Source: Pyrobaculum aerophilum str. IM2
GTDB lineage: Archaea; Thermoproteota; Thermoprotei; Thermoproteales; Thermoproteaceae
DNA: 32,000 nt
Direction of reading: 5' to 3'
NCBI RefSeq assembly: GCF_000007225.1
Contig: NC_003364.1
Location: forward strand, 2,130,001 to 2,162,000
Shown here: positions 1 to 9,834 of the stretch, piece by piece
Position numbering within the stretch: the stretch's first letter is position 1
Layout: each line of letters starts with the position of its first letter
Notes under the pieces: model-generated
Seen by the model: only the letters and a program-made list of their open reading frames with translations
What the model was told of the DNA's origin: nothing
The model's database searches: none
Translations under genes and position numbers: made by a program

Positions 1-276
1 AGGGCGGCGCCAGACGCCATAGTTATAACCGGCAGGAAGACGGGAGAGCCCCCGGACCCGGTGGAAATAGCGACGGCGAGAGCCCACACAGACCTCCCAG
101 TTCTGGCGGGCAGCGGGATTTGCTTCAACACCCTAAATCTCTTGAAAATAGTAGACGGGGCCATTATCGGCACGTGTCTTAAGTCAGGCCGGGAGGTGGA
201 TTTAGAAAAAGCCGCGAGGCTGATAAAAGAGGCCAGGCAAGTCTTAAAGCCGAGGAGAGCGCTTGTCTTACGGTAA
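1..276 (+). CDS. BtpA-family TIM-barrel protein, C-terminal part (5' end lies outside the window)
   Basis: Frame 1 is open from base 1. The translation RAAPDAIVITGRKTGEPPDPVEIATARAHTDLPVLAGSGI...DGAIIGTCLK resembles the C-terminal half of BtpA-family proteins. Stop codon at 274-276. Confidence 0.6.
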   Translation, partial: RAAPDAIVITGRKTGEPPDPVEIATARAHTDLPVLAGSGICFNTLNLLKIVDGAIIGTCLKSGREVDLEKAARLIKEARQVLKPRRALVLR

Positions 277-1341
277 AATCTCCCCCTCTTTTACGTCCTG
301 TTCAACTTCTCTATTGGGGCCAATTGAGGCGCCGCGCCCCACGAGAACTTCGTCGCGTATATAGACGCCGTCTGCCACCACGGCCTCGATTACTCTAGTC
401 CATTTCCCAAGGACGACTCCCTCCCCAATTATAGACTTAGCCACGTACGCCCCCGCCTCGGCCACTACGCCGTCCATTAAGACGCTTTCTCGAATTCTCA
501 CGTTAGGCCCCAGCCTGCTGCCGTTTCCAATCACTACGTAGGGGCCTAGGACGCTGCCCGGTCCCACGACGGCGCCCTCGCCTATATAAACAGGGGGGAT
601 TATCTTAACCCCCGGCACTTCTCTGTGGCAATTACACCTCTCCAACGCGGCGAAATTCGCCTTTAAATAATCCCCGTGAGTTCCTATATCAAACCACAGC
701 CCCCTGTGCACGTAGCCGTAAATGTCGAATTTTTGCATTAACTTAGGTATTATGTGCTTGGCTATTTTCAACTCCCCCGAGTTTATATCGGGGAATTGGG
801 CAATGGCCTCGGGCTCAAATATGTAAATACCGGCATTCGCCAAATTGCTCCCCACGGGCTCCTTGGGCTTTTCTACAAACCTCTTAACCCGCTCCCCCTC
901 TAATACTGCTATGCCGAACCTGCCGATCTCCTCAGGGGGCACTTCAATAAGGGCTATTGTCACGGCTCCCCCCATCTTTTTGTGAAAATCCCACATTTCC
1001 CTTATAGATATATCCGTAAACACGTCCCCGTTGGCCACTATAACCGGCCCCCTCAAGCCCAAGCTTTTAATTACATTTACAACCGCCCCGCCGTCTCCCA
1101 AAGGCCTATCCTCCTCGACGACGCGCACTCTGCCGCCCCATTTGGCATTGACGTGATTTCTTATTATATACGATAAGTACCTCGCCGAGATTACAGGCTC
1201 AGCCACCTCGCTTACTTTTTCAATAACCCAGTCAATTACGGGCCTGCCCAAGATGGGAAATAACGGCTTCGGCTTAGTGTAGCTAAGCGGCCTCAGCCTC
1301 GTCGCGAACCCCCCCGCGAGTATAATGCCACACTCAGCCAC
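268..1341 (-). CDS. NDP-sugar pyrophosphorylase (sugar-1-phosphate nucleotidylyltransferase) with C-terminal left-handed beta-helix
   Basis: Nucleotidyltransferase loop GIILAGGFATRLRPLSYTKPKPL, plus C-terminal hexapeptide repeats (IGEGAVVGPGSVLGPYVVIGNGSRLGPNV...). The longest ORF starts at a TTG (1374). The GTG at 1341 gives the usual short N-terminus and removes the overlap with the upstream gene. Confidence 0.85.
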   Translation of the reverse strand: MAECGIILAGGFATRLRPLSYTKPKPLFPILGRPVIDWVIEKVSEVAEPVISARYLSYIIRNHVNAKWGGRVRVVEEDRPLGDGGAVVNVIKSLGLRGPVIVANGDVFTDISIREMWDFHKKMGGAVTIALIEVPPEEIGRFGIAVLEGERVKRFVEKPKEPVGSNLANAGIYIFEPEAIAQFPDINSGELKIAKHIIPKLMQKFDIYGYVHRGLWFDIGTHGDYLKANFAALERCNCHREVPGVKIIPPVYIGEGAVVGPGSVLGPYVVIGNGSRLGPNVRIRESVLMDGVVAEAGAYVAKSIIGEGVVLGKWTRVIEAVVADGVYIRDEVLVGRGASIGPNREVEQDVKEGEILP

Positions 1342-1348
1342 GTCAATT

Positions 1349-2044
1349 TTAGAAGAGGAGATTAATAAATTCAAATGCTGTTATTTCCGCCTCCGCAACG
1401 TCTACCTCTTTTCTCTGCAAGACGTTGCCGCCCTCGCCCATAATGAAAAAAGCCTTTTTACTCCTCGGGGACGAGGCGTTTAGGTAGAATTTCGCCACTA
1501 TGTATCTATTCCCCCTCCTGACGAATATCTCGTAAGGCATTAAGCCCAGCCTGCAAGTGCAGTTGAGATTAAGCTCGCCGCCTCTCTGTAGAACTTTAGC
1601 CGTTGCCCATATTTTTTTAGCCAGCTCGATGTCGGAGGGAACTGCGTTTATGTGAAGCAGAGACCCAGCCCTGGAGGCGCCCACGGCCACTGAGGGGCTT
1701 GCGTCAGTGAGATACAAAGGCTTGTTCCACACAGGCTCCCACGCGCCGAACTCTCTGGCTTTTACGTGGCGTAAAGTCACGGCCCTTTTCGCCAACGGCT
1801 TTAAGCCCTCTAAGTCGAGCACGTAGACTGGCTTGGCCAGGGCCACTCCCTTCACAATAGTGGTGGAAAAAGAGGCAATGGCTAAATGGCCTATTATAAA
1901 TTCGCCGCTTATGCCGGGCTCTGCGGAGTCTATCTCAACCCCTATGTACTCCTCAGCCCTCTTGCCGCTCTCTACTTCTAAATAAAACACCTTGTTTTTC
2001 ACCACGCCTAGAGCCACGACGCAGGGAGTGTCGAATGTGGCCAC
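1349..2044 (-). CDS. hypothetical protein (231 aa), no family recognised
   Basis: Long ORF with balanced amino-acid composition. A TTTTTAAATA TATA-like element on the minus strand (about 2060-2072) lies about 20-28 nt upstream of the ATG at 2044. Confidence 0.55.
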   Translation of the reverse strand: MATFDTPCVVALGVVKNKVFYLEVESGKRAEEYIGVEIDSAEPGISGEFIIGHLAIASFSTTIVKGVALAKPVYVLDLEGLKPLAKRAVTLRHVKAREFGAWEPVWNKPLYLTDASPSVAVGASRAGSLLHINAVPSDIELAKKIWATAKVLQRGGELNLNCTCRLGLMPYEIFVRRGNRYIVAKFYLNASSPRSKKAFFIMGEGGNVLQRKEVDVAEAEITAFEFINLLF

Positions 2045-2118
2045 GTTGTGGAATAGAGAGGTATTTAAAAACCGTGAAATTAAACATTGGGTTCATAAGT
2101 CAACTGTGAGTTAAGTCA

Positions 2119-2325
2119 GTGGATATCCGCATTTTGGCAAAGCTCGTGGCAGCCAGGGTAGGGCAGGACCCCGTTGACCTAGACGAAGTCTTAGAGGCGC
2201 TGGGCGTGGAGATATCATGGCTTGAGAAAATTAAGTTAGTGCAGAGCCTTGAGGGCATAGAGGCAGTTTACCACGCGATATCAGGGAAGATTATATTAAA
2301 GAGGGCTAACGTCGCAAGGGCTTAG
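2119..2325 (+). CDS. small hypothetical protein (68 aa)
   Basis: GTG-initiated ORF in an otherwise unassigned gap, with a weak AAATTAAACATT TATA-like element about 30 nt upstream. No recognisable motif. Confidence 0.3.
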   Translation: MDIRILAKLVAARVGQDPVDLDEVLEALGVEISWLEKIKLVQSLEGIEAVYHAISGKIILKRANVARA

Positions 2326-2354
2326 ACTTTTTTAACTGGGCTTTTTAAAGCCAC

Positions 2355-2807
2355 GTGAGAGTGGTGTACGCCCCGTGGAGGTACAGATACATTAAAAGCG
2401 TGGGTAAAGGCGGTTGCTTTCTCTGCTCAGCGGCAGGAGAGGCCGGTAGAGACGACGAGAACCTCGTGCCGTATAGGGGGAGGCACGTTTTCGCCATCCT
2501 TAACAAATATCCATACACCTGGGGCCACGTCATGGTGGCGCCGTACAGGCACATTTCCCAGTTTGAGGAAATGACGGCGGAGGAGTGGGCGGAGATGATC
2601 GCCTTGGCTAAAAAACTTGCCGAGGCCGTGTCAAAACTCACTGGGTCTAGGGACTTTGTAATAGGCCTTAATATCGGACGCGCCGCTGGGGCCGGGTTGG
2701 AGAGCCACATACATTTACATATTATTCCCAAGGATACAGAGGTAAAGGCCGACGACTTGGAGAAAGAGCTAATTAAACTCACTAGAGAGTTGAGGGCGTT
2801 GTTATGA
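2355..2807 (+). CDS. HIT-family (histidine triad) nucleotide hydrolase/transferase
   Basis: Histidine-triad motif ESHIHLHIIP near the C-terminus, with upstream YPYTWGHVMVAPYRH typical of HIT proteins. Confidence 0.85.
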   Translation: MRVVYAPWRYRYIKSVGKGGCFLCSAAGEAGRDDENLVPYRGRHVFAILNKYPYTWGHVMVAPYRHISQFEEMTAEEWAEMIALAKKLAEAVSKLTGSRDFVIGLNIGRAAGAGLESHIHLHIIPKDTEVKADDLEKELIKLTRELRALL

Positions 2808-3847
2808 TTAAAAGAATTTGTCTAGACCACTTCCGCGGCGTGATTAATAAATGCATAGAGCTCGGCCGCTTTACTCTGGTGCACGGGCCTCCCAACTCGG
2901 GGAAGACCACGTTTTTCGAGGCCCTGGCGTTGTTAATTCAAAGCAGGGGGGAGCAGTGGCTTGCCCTAGAGGGGCCCCTCTTGATTATTCACGAGCCCGA
3001 GGACCTCCACAGCGGCGGCGATTTGACTACGCCGTTTGTCGTGGAGTTCACGGCGGAGTTTGAAGGCGGCGATATAACCTACGGCTATAAGTACGCCACG
3101 GCGACTAATTACGTGGAGCAGTGGGTTGGGAGAGGAGGCCGGCTGTTAGCGAAAATGGCAAAGAGGGGGGAGCGCGGAATTTTGACTTACCCGAAGGAGG
3201 CAGAGCTCTGCGTGGCTCCATACGCTGTAATGAACGAGGATGTGCTCATAACATGTGAGCCTTTAGACGACGAGAGAATTAGGGAGGCTGAGAGGGCGTT
3301 ATTAGAGCTCAGAGTAGGCCTTAAGGATAAATTCTATTTAATCAGCGGGAGGAGACTCGCGGCGTGGAAATACACTTATGAGACGCACGTAGATCTCATG
3401 CCCCTAACAAGCGTGGGGGCCGAGGGGCAGTTCACGCCGCATCACCTCTCGAGAATTTTGACCATGTCCTCTTATGAGGCCGTGAGAGATGCGCTTTATA
3501 ATTACTTAGAAATTGCGGATATTGAAGACGTCAGAGTTGGCCTCGTCAAAACCGGCCGCATAGCTCTATACGTCAAAAAAGGCGGTTTGTGGACAAATGG
3601 ATATAACGCTGGGAATTACACGAAGGCGGTGTTGCCTGTATTGTTGCAAATGCTCCTCGCAAACGAGGGATCCTCAGTATTTATAGACGATGTGGATTTA
3701 GCAGTTCCCAGCGGAAGGGCCGAGGTCCTTTTAAGCGCCTTATTTGAAATCGCCCGTAAAAGGAATTTGCAACTAGTCGCCTCGGCGAAAGAACCCGGCT
3801 TCGCTGAGATCGCTGAGAAGCTCGGCTTTACTATAGCCAAGCTGTGA
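2804..3847 (+). CDS. P-loop ATPase, ABC/RecF-like (AAA_21-type) architecture
   Basis: N-terminal Walker A HGPPNSGKTT and C-terminal Walker B-like SSVFIDDVDLAV. Its ATG overlaps the HIT stop codon (ATGA). Confidence 0.75.
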   Translation: MIKRICLDHFRGVINKCIELGRFTLVHGPPNSGKTTFFEALALLIQSRGEQWLALEGPLLIIHEPEDLHSGGDLTTPFVVEFTAEFEGGDITYGYKYATATNYVEQWVGRGGRLLAKMAKRGERGILTYPKEAELCVAPYAVMNEDVLITCEPLDDERIREAERALLELRVGLKDKFYLISGRRLAAWKYTYETHVDLMPLTSVGAEGQFTPHHLSRILTMSSYEAVRDALYNYLEIADIEDVRVGLVKTGRIALYVKKGGLWTNGYNAGNYTKAVLPVLLQMLLANEGSSVFIDDVDLAVPSGRAEVLLSALFEIARKRNLQLVASAKEPGFAEIAEKLGFTIAKL

Positions 3848-4185
3848 AATTGGTGCTCGACACCTCTGCCCTATTATACATCGTGGAACACAGACTGGAC
3901 ATATGGGAACTCTCAGAACACGAAATTTACATCCCATCGGCGGTGTTGGAGGAGTTAAACGCCTTGAGCAGGAGGAGTAGAAAGGCCAGGGTCGCGCTTC
4001 AGCTCCTTTCCTTGTTAAAATATAAAGTCGTGGAAAGGGGAGGCCCCGCCGACAAAGCAGTGTTAGAAACAGCCGTTGAGGAGGGCGCGGTGTTAATAAC
4101 CGGGGACACGGCGCTGGCCGAGGAGGCGAGGCGCAGGGGGGTTCCTGTTGCGAAATTTCATAAGGGCCAATTGGCCATTTACTAG
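3844..4185 (+). CDS. PIN-domain protein, Fcf1/COG1412-like
   Basis: Motifs VLDTSAL..., IPSAVLEEL..., LITGDTALAEEARRRGVPV match the acidic-residue pattern of PIN domains. The position just upstream of rpo7/spt4 is a gene order I recall as conserved in archaea. Its GTG overlaps the ATPase stop codon (GTGA). Confidence 0.75.
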   Translation: MKLVLDTSALLYIVEHRLDIWELSEHEIYIPSAVLEELNALSRRSRKARVALQLLSLLKYKVVERGGPADKAVLETAVEEGAVLITGDTALAEEARRRGVPVAKFHKGQLAIY

Positions 4186-4235
4186 CGAGGGGCTGTTCAC
4201 ACAGCCTCCGGCTTTTATTGATTGCGCTCCTCCGG

Positions 4236-4252
4236 GGGTTAAGTATATAAAA
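4236..4252 (+). promoter_or_regulatory. BRE/TATA promoter of rpo7-spt4
   Basis: The sequence GGGTTAAGTATATAAAA ends about 20 nt upstream of the in-frame GTG at 4271. This fits a leaderless transcript. Confidence 0.55.
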
Positions 4253-4270
4253 CAATATATACATCTTGCC

Positions 4271-4846
4271 GTGCCCTTCAGATTAGTAGAGGCTGAGGAC
4301 TATGTAAGAGTGCCTCCCACAGAGTTCGGCAAGCCGCTTGAAGACATAGCTTTATCTCAGTTAAAATCCCGATATGAGGGCAAGGTTTTGAGAGAGGTTG
4401 GATACATCGTCGCTGTTTTAAACGTAAAAGTGGGGAGGGAGGGGAAGATAGTTTTCGGCGATGGGGGGACTTACCACAGGGCTGTCTTTACAATGTTGGC
4501 GTTTATGCCCCTAGACGGGGAGGTCGTTGAGGGCGTGGTGGAAAATGCCAGGGAGATGGGCATGTTAGTGAGAATAGGCCCCATTCTCGGCTTTATTAAC
4601 AAAATCCACATAATGGACGACCCTAATATTTTCTTCGACGCAAGTACAAAAAGCTACATTGGGGAAAGGACAAAGAGGAGGGTCTCAGTGGGAGACGTGG
4701 TGCGGGCGCGCATCACTGGCGTGAGCTTCACAACGCCGCGAGAGGGGACGGATCTCCTCATAAGAGTCACGCTTACAATGAGGTCGCCCGGCCTCGGCAA
4801 GCTCGAGTGGGTTAAGGAAAAGAAGCCGGCGGCTAAGAAGGCATGA
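4271..4846 (+). CDS. rpo7: DNA-directed RNA polymerase subunit E' (Rpo7)
   Basis: VPFRLVEAEDYVRVPPTEFGKPLEDIA...GEVVEGVVENAREMGMLVRIGPILGFI matches the Rpo7 N-terminal domain plus S1 fold. The longest ORF (4148) would overlap the PIN gene and run across the promoter, so GTG 4271 is preferred. Confidence 0.85.
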   Translation: MPFRLVEAEDYVRVPPTEFGKPLEDIALSQLKSRYEGKVLREVGYIVAVLNVKVGREGKIVFGDGGTYHRAVFTMLAFMPLDGEVVEGVVENAREMGMLVRIGPILGFINKIHIMDDPNIFFDASTKSYIGERTKRRVSVGDVVRARITGVSFTTPREGTDLLIRVTLTMRSPGLGKLEWVKEKKPAAKKA

Positions 4847-5064
4847 GCACGAGGAAGAGGACTTTAAGCGGCTATAAGGCTTGTAAGCGGTGTAAAACAG
4901 TAATGCCGGAGGATGCCAAACAGTGCCCCAACTGCGGATCTGAGGAGTTTGTTTTCAAGTGGAGGGGCATGATTGTAGTTATTGACCCCCAGAAATCTTG
5001 TATTGCCAAGAGGCTGGGGTTGGAAAAGCCGGGTATTTACGCCTTGGAGCTAGTGGAGGAATAG
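4843..5064 (+). CDS. spt4: transcription elongation factor Spt4 (RpoE'')
   Basis: Zinc ribbon CKRCKTV...CPNCGS followed by WRGMIVVIDPQKSCIAKRLG. ATGA overlap with rpo7. Confidence 0.85.
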   Translation: MSTRKRTLSGYKACKRCKTVMPEDAKQCPNCGSEEFVFKWRGMIVVIDPQKSCIAKRLGLEKPGIYALELVEE

Positions 5065-5426
5065 CACTTCATTACTCTCTCGGCAATTGAAAATAAATAT
5101 TTTCGGTAGTTTTCAAGCTCTCGTAGCAATAGGTCAAATTCCAGGGGCTCTGCATATAAGTCCTCACCTAACACTTCTCTAATCAAGGCTCTGAGAGAGC
5201 CCTTGGCCAGTTTGTCGTACAGCTCTAATATGCGCCGTATTCTTGACTCGAAAATATAGTAGTTATTGACAAGTTCGGCGACGTCTTTCGGCTCTACCCA
5301 CCCGCCGCATTCATACGCTTTTAATAACGCCTCAATAGCCGAGGCCGTAGTTGCGCCTACGGCCTTTCTAAAGGACTTGTTCTGAAGCTTAACCCTGAGG
5401 TGAGCCGCCGCATCTCTCAAGTCCAC
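5037..5426 (-). CDS. hypothetical helical protein (129 aa)
   Basis: ORF with normal composition. It fills the gap between spt4 and alaS. No motif recognised. Confidence 0.5.
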   Translation of the reverse strand: MDLRDAAAHLRVKLQNKSFRKAVGATTASAIEALLKAYECGGWVEPKDVAELVNNYYIFESRIRRILELYDKLAKGSLRALIREVLGEDLYAEPLEFDLLLRELENYRKYLFSIAERVMKCYSSTSSKA

Positions 5427-5470
5427 AGGGGGGAAGACAAAGCTTTTTAAATAACTATCAGTAATTAGGG

Positions 5471-8149
5471 GTGCTGTCGGCGAGAGTTCTGAAAAACACC
5501 GGCTTCCTCCGGAAGCAGTGCCCCCTGTGTAAATCTTACTTCTGGACGCTCCGCCGCGATCAAGAGTACTGCGGAGATCAGCCCTGCGTGCCCTACGGCT
5601 TTATTGGAAACCCGCCGACAAAAATATCGATAGACTCGTTGACAGAGCTAAGGGAGAGGTTTTTGAGATTTTTCGAGAGGCGCGGACACGCCCGTATTAA
5701 GAGATACCCCGTGGTGGCGAGGTGGCGCGACGACGTATATCTAGTCGGCGCTTCTATATACGACTTCCAGCCGTGGGTGACAAGCGGAGCGGTGCCTCCA
5801 CCCGCTAATCCTTTAGTTATATCCCAGCCCTCTATTAGGCTCACCGACGTGGACAAAGTGGGCAGAAGCGGGCGCCACCTCACGGGCTTTGAAATGATGG
5901 CGCACCACGCCTTTAACTACCCCGATAAGTTCATCTACTGGATTGACGAGACGGCTGAATACGCCTACGAGTTCTTCACTAAAGAGCTGGGAATTCCGCC
6001 CGAGGAAATCACGTTTAAAGAGTCTATATGGGAGGGCGGGGGCAACGCCGGCGAGTGTTTTGAGGTTTTAGTTAGGGGGCTGGAGGTGGCCACCCTAGTG
6101 TTCATGCATTACGAGGTGAAAGAGGGGAAATACGTAGAGCTTCCTCTAAAAATCGTCGACACCGGCTACGGACTTGAGCGGATTTACTGGCTAATAAGGG
6201 GAACACCAACGATTTACGATGCGGTGTTCGGCCCCTATTTAGATAAGGCCAGGCGTAGCCTAGGCTTTCCCGAGCCGCCTAGTGAGCTAATGGGCAAGGC
6301 TTCGGTTTACTTCGGCCAGATGGATCCAGAGGTCATAGGCCTTGAAAAGGCGTATGACATAATCGCGGAGAAAATAGGCGTTGACCCCAAGTGGTTGCGC
6401 GAAGTGTTTAAGCCGCAGGAGGCGCTTTACGTCTTGGCGGATCACAGCAGGACCGTCTCGTGGATGATCGCCGATGGGGTAATACCGTCAAACAGCGGCG
6501 CCGGGTATCTCGCCAGGCTGTTATTAAGGCGTATACTAAAGAACTTGAAATTAGTCGGCGTCGAGACTCCCTTAGTGGAGCTGTTTGACATGCACTTAAA
6601 AGAGCTTAAAGCCGATTACCCAGAGGTGTGGGAGGCGAGGAATCTTATTCTCGAACTCGTTGACATTGAGGAGAGGAAGTATAGAGAAATACTCAAATCT
6701 GCGCCCGGCGTAGTTAAAAAGGCCTATGAGGAGGCGAGGAGGAGGGGCCGGGCGGGTTTTGACGCAGAGGACTTAGTCTCGCTTTATGACAGCTTCGGCT
6801 TGCCTCCCGAGATTGTCGCCGAAACGGCGAAAAGCCTAGGCGTTGAGGTGAAAATACCTGACGACTTCTACTCTAGGCTTGCGGCTAGGCACGCCAAGAG
6901 GGAGAAACAGCCGGAGAAGACGTTAGTGGAAATGGCTAAAATCGCCGACCTTCCCAGGACTAGGGAGCTGTTCTACGAGGATCCCTATATGAAGAGCTTT
7001 AAGGCCAAGGTGTTGAGGGTGATTGACGGGAAATACGTCGTTTTAGACCAGACGGCGTTTTACGCGGAGGGCGGAGGCCAGCCCGCCGATATTGGAATAT
7101 TGAAACACGGCGGGGGAGCGGCTAAAGTAGTGGACGTTCAGCGCGTAGGCCACGTCATAGTGCACGTAGTAGAGGGCGAGGCGCCGCCGGAGGGCAGCGA
7201 GGTGGTAGGGGAAATAGACTGGGATAGGAGATACGCCTTAATGAAAATGCACACGGGAACTCACGTGTTAATTCAAAGCATTAGAAGAGTGCTGGGGCCG
7301 CATATATGGCAGGCGGGGGCCCAGAAGGACATTCCCGCGAGCCGTATTGACGTTACTCACTTCAAACTGCCCACGGCAGAGGAGGTGGCGGAGATAGAGA
7401 GGCTTGCTAATTCAGTGGTCCAGGCCAACATGCCGGTACACGTTAAAATTCTGCCGCGTAACGAGGCAGAGGCTAAATACGGCTTTATTCTCTACCAAGG
7501 GGGAGTGGTGCCCGCGAGGGAGATAAGAGTAGTGCAAATTGGGCCGGACGAGGCGCCTTATGACGTGCAAGCTTGCGGAGGAACACATCTCAAATCCACT
7601 GGCGAAATAGGGCTTATCAAAATACAAAAAGTTGAGCGCATAGCCGACGGCGTTGTGCGTTTTATTTTCACCACTGGGCTACACGCGCTGAAGTACGTGC
7701 AAGAGATAGAGCGCCAAGTCGCTGAAGCGGCGTCGCTGGCCGGAGGGAATAGGGATAACCTAGTCGACTCTGTAAGGAGGCTTCTCCAAAGGGCGGAAGA
7801 GGCCGAGAGGAAGGCCCAGCGCTATACAGAGCTCTACGCGGCTGAGTTTGTGAAAAATCTCAAGGCCGAGCCAGTGGGCAAGTACCGGCTGGCCGTGGTT
7901 GAGCTAGAAGACGAAGAGCTGGCTAAAAAAGTGGCGCAAATAGCCACTGGCCGCGACAAAGAGCTAGTGCTTCTCGTCGTAGGGGGCGGCAGAGTTACTG
8001 TATACACTGGCGGAGCGGACGTAGGGCCTATTGTTAAAGCCCTGCGAGAGGTAGGGTTTAGGGGAGGGGGCTCGAGGACTTTTGCACAAGGCGTATATTC
8101 CGGCGACGTTAAAACTCTAATAGATGCCGTGAAGAGGGCGTTGGCATGA
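5471..8149 (+). CDS. alaS: alanyl-tRNA synthetase
   Basis: 892 aa with an archaeal AlaRS N-terminus ([10 protein letters not shown]...CGDQPC), the editing-domain motif HTGTHVL...CGGTH and a C-terminal DHHA1-like region. A TTTTTAAATA TATA lies about 22 nt upstream of the GTG. Confidence 0.97.
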   Translation: MLSARVLKNTGFLRKQCPLCKSYFWTLRRDQEYCGDQPCVPYGFIGNPPTKISIDSLTELRERFLRFFERRGHARIKRYPVVARWRDDVYLVGASIYDFQPWVTSGAVPPPANPLVISQPSIRLTDVDKVGRSGRHLTGFEMMAHHAFNYPDKFIYWIDETAEYAYEFFTKELGIPPEEITFKESIWEGGGNAGECFEVLVRGLEVATLVFMHYEVKEGKYVELPLKIVDTGYGLERIYWLIRGTPTIYDAVFGPYLDKARRSLGFPEPPSELMGKASVYFGQMDPEVIGLEKAYDIIAEKIGVDPKWLREVFKPQEALYVLADHSRTVSWMIADGVIPSNSGAGYLARLLLRRILKNLKLVGVETPLVELFDMHLKELKADYPEVWEARNLILELVDIEERKYREILKSAPGVVKKAYEEARRRGRAGFDAEDLVSLYDSFGLPPEIVAETAKSLGVEVKIPDDFYSRLAARHAKREKQPEKTLVEMAKIADLPRTRELFYEDPYMKSFKAKVLRVIDGKYVVLDQTAFYAEGGGQPADIGILKHGGGAAKVVDVQRVGHVIVHVVEGEAPPEGSEVVGEIDWDRRYALMKMHTGTHVLIQSIRRVLGPHIWQAGAQKDIPASRIDVTHFKLPTAEEVAEIERLANSVVQANMPVHVKILPRNEAEAKYGFILYQGGVVPAREIRVVQIGPDEAPYDVQACGGTHLKSTGEIGLIKIQKVERIADGVVRFIFTTGLHALKYVQEIERQVAEAASLAGGNRDNLVDSVRRLLQRAEEAERKAQRYTELYAAEFVKNLKAEPVGKYRLAVVELEDEELAKKVAQIATGRDKELVLLVVGGGRVTVYTGGADVGPIVKALREVGFRGGGSRTFAQGVYSGDVKTLIDAVKRALA

Positions 8150-8526
8150 TTCCGACTAGCCCGCGGGATCTCGAGAGGGTGTTAAAACGAATGGGCATAA
8201 AAGTAGAGGAGATAGACGCGGCGTATGCAGAGATAAAATTAAAAAACGGCGAGGTTATTAGAATAAACAGCCCCACCGTGGCCCTGGTGAAAATGCCAAA
8301 TAAGCTGTTGTTATACCAAATTCAAGCCCCGGAGAGCGCCGTCCAGAAAGTGGCTCCGCAGACACAGCCCCAGACTGCTGAATATACCCCCAGCGAAGAG
8401 GACATTGCGTTAGTCGCCGAGCAGACGGGCGCGCCGAGGGAGGAAGTAATCAAGGCGTTAATAGAGGCCAAGGGGGATTTAGTACAAGCAGCGATGAAGT
8501 TATTGTCTAAAAAACAACAGAAATAG
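8146..8526 (+). CDS. nac: nascent polypeptide-associated complex protein (NAC) with C-terminal UBA domain
   Basis: NAC beta-barrel region ([28 protein letters not shown]) and a UBA-like tail ([36 protein letters not shown]). ATGA overlap with alaS. Confidence 0.85.
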   Translation: MIPTSPRDLERVLKRMGIKVEEIDAAYAEIKLKNGEVIRINSPTVALVKMPNKLLLYQIQAPESAVQKVAPQTQPQTAEYTPSEEDIALVAEQTGAPREEVIKALIEAKGDLVQAAMKLLSKKQQK

Positions 8527-8573
8527 CGTCGCCAGGGCTGATAAAGTTTATATTATACCTTCATCTGGGAGGT

Positions 8574-9116
8574 ATGCCAGTTAGGCCGGCGAGGTGTTAC
8601 AAACGCATTAAAGGCCCTCCATACACTAGAGAGGAGTACATCCACGGCGCCCCCATGATTCAAATTCCTAAGTTCGACATGGGCACAACCAGCGCCGCTG
8701 CGCGGACGGCCTTTACCATGACGGCAAAGCTAGTAGTAGAGGAGAGGGGCCAGATCAGAATGCAGGCGTTAGAGGCAGCGAGGCAAATGGCGTCTAAATA
8801 CTTAACAAAATACGTAGGCGACGCCAATTATTACTTAAGGCTTAACGTCGTCCCCCACCACGTCCTCAGGGAGAATAGAATGTTGGCTATGGCGGGGGCG
8901 GACCGCCTCCAGGAGGGCATGAGGCTAGCCTTCGGCTCCCCGGCCGGGAGGGCCGCCAGGGTGGAGCCCGGACAAGTGCTTTTCTACGCGGAGTTTAAAC
9001 CGGAACACCTCCCCCACATTAAAGAGGCGCTGAGGCGCGCCGCCTCTAAACTGCCGCTACCCACTCGGATTGTTATTGAGCCAAAGGGCAATGGAGGCAA
9101 CAAGACAGTTACATAA
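8574..9116 (+). CDS. rpl10e: 50S ribosomal protein L10e (uL16)
   Basis: MPVRPARCYKRIKGPPYTREEYIHGAP... is the canonical L10e N-terminus. Confidence 0.95.
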   Translation: MPVRPARCYKRIKGPPYTREEYIHGAPMIQIPKFDMGTTSAAARTAFTMTAKLVVEERGQIRMQALEAARQMASKYLTKYVGDANYYLRLNVVPHHVLRENRMLAMAGADRLQEGMRLAFGSPAGRAARVEPGQVLFYAEFKPEHLPHIKEALRRAASKLPLPTRIVIEPKGNGGNKTVT

Positions 9117-9831
9117 AGACAGAATTGAGGCCGCGCTGGTCTTACTAGAACGCGTCCTCAACGGGGCGGTTACATCCCGCCCATCGCTAGTTTTAGAACT
9201 GCAGACGGTGTATAAAGAGAGGGGCATTGAGCCCTTCCGCGGCCTCTCTAAAGAGGGCGTATACGACAAGGAAATAGCAACGGTATATTTAGTCGGCATT
9301 TATGGGGCTGGGGTGTTGGCCCCGGGGGATTTCGACAATGTTTTCTATATAGAAAACCGCGCGTTAGAGGCCGTTGAGATTATCCGCAACACGGGGGAGG
9401 TGCTCACCCCCGAGCTAAAAGAGGCGCTTGTTAAAAAAACGGGGGAGGTCAAGGGGAAGTCCGCGGAGGATAGGGTATTTAGAGTATTAAGGCTTGTCTT
9501 TACCGGCGTGATGTTGGGCTACTACCCAGAAATGCTCTTGGTAAAATCAATAAAGACGTACGAAACTGCGTACCCAGAGCTGGCACAGCGCCTGTTAAAT
9601 TACGCGGCATTTTACAGCGCTTATAAAATAGCCGAGGAAATAGCCCTGGGGAAAATCAGAAGCGCCGAGGGCTTAAAAATCGCCAAATATACTTACTGTT
9701 TGAGGCTGGGCTTTCAGAAATGTAAGCCTGGGGACAAGCTGATTGCAGAAGTGGCACAGGCCGTGTACAAAGTGGACAGGTCCTTATTGGCGAGGCTTTT
9801 CGCAAAGGGGGTATTGCCAAAAATCGGCTAA
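9091..9831 (+). CDS. conserved hypothetical protein (about 246 aa)
   Basis: Long ORF with normal composition. The ATG at 9091 (MEATRQLHK...) is preferred over the TTG at 9070. No catalytic motif recognised. Confidence 0.55.
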   Translation: MEATRQLHKDRIEAALVLLERVLNGAVTSRPSLVLELQTVYKERGIEPFRGLSKEGVYDKEIATVYLVGIYGAGVLAPGDFDNVFYIENRALEAVEIIRNTGEVLTPELKEALVKKTGEVKGKSAEDRVFRVLRLVFTGVMLGYYPEMLLVKSIKTYETAYPELAQRLLNYAAFYSAYKIAEEIALGKIRSAEGLKIAKYTYCLRLGFQKCKPGDKLIAEVAQAVYKVDRSLLARLFAKGVLPKIG

Positions 9832-9834
9832 CTC

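Noticed and set aside
2345-2782. 145-aa ORF antisense to the HIT gene
   Set aside because: The plus strand encodes a clear histidine-triad protein. The antisense product has no motif and a biased Ser/Ala/Leu composition.
3773-4264. 163-aa Pro/Arg-rich ORF antisense to the PIN gene and the rpo7 promoter
   Set aside because: Its extreme Pro/Arg/Cys composition is typical of an out-of-frame reading of coding DNA. It overlaps two better-supported features.
4148-4270. N-terminal extension of Rpo7 given by the longest ORF
   Set aside because: It would overlap the PIN gene by 38 nt and translate through the BRE/TATA element (4236-4252). Rpo7 homology begins at the GTG at 4271 (VPFRLVEAEDYVRVPP).
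8560-8573. Shine-Dalgarno-like GGGAGGT just upstream of the rpl10e ATG
   Set aside because: It may be real. However, a TATA about 25 nt upstream also fits a leaderless or very short-leader mRNA. One occurrence cannot distinguish the two, so it is not reported as a feature.
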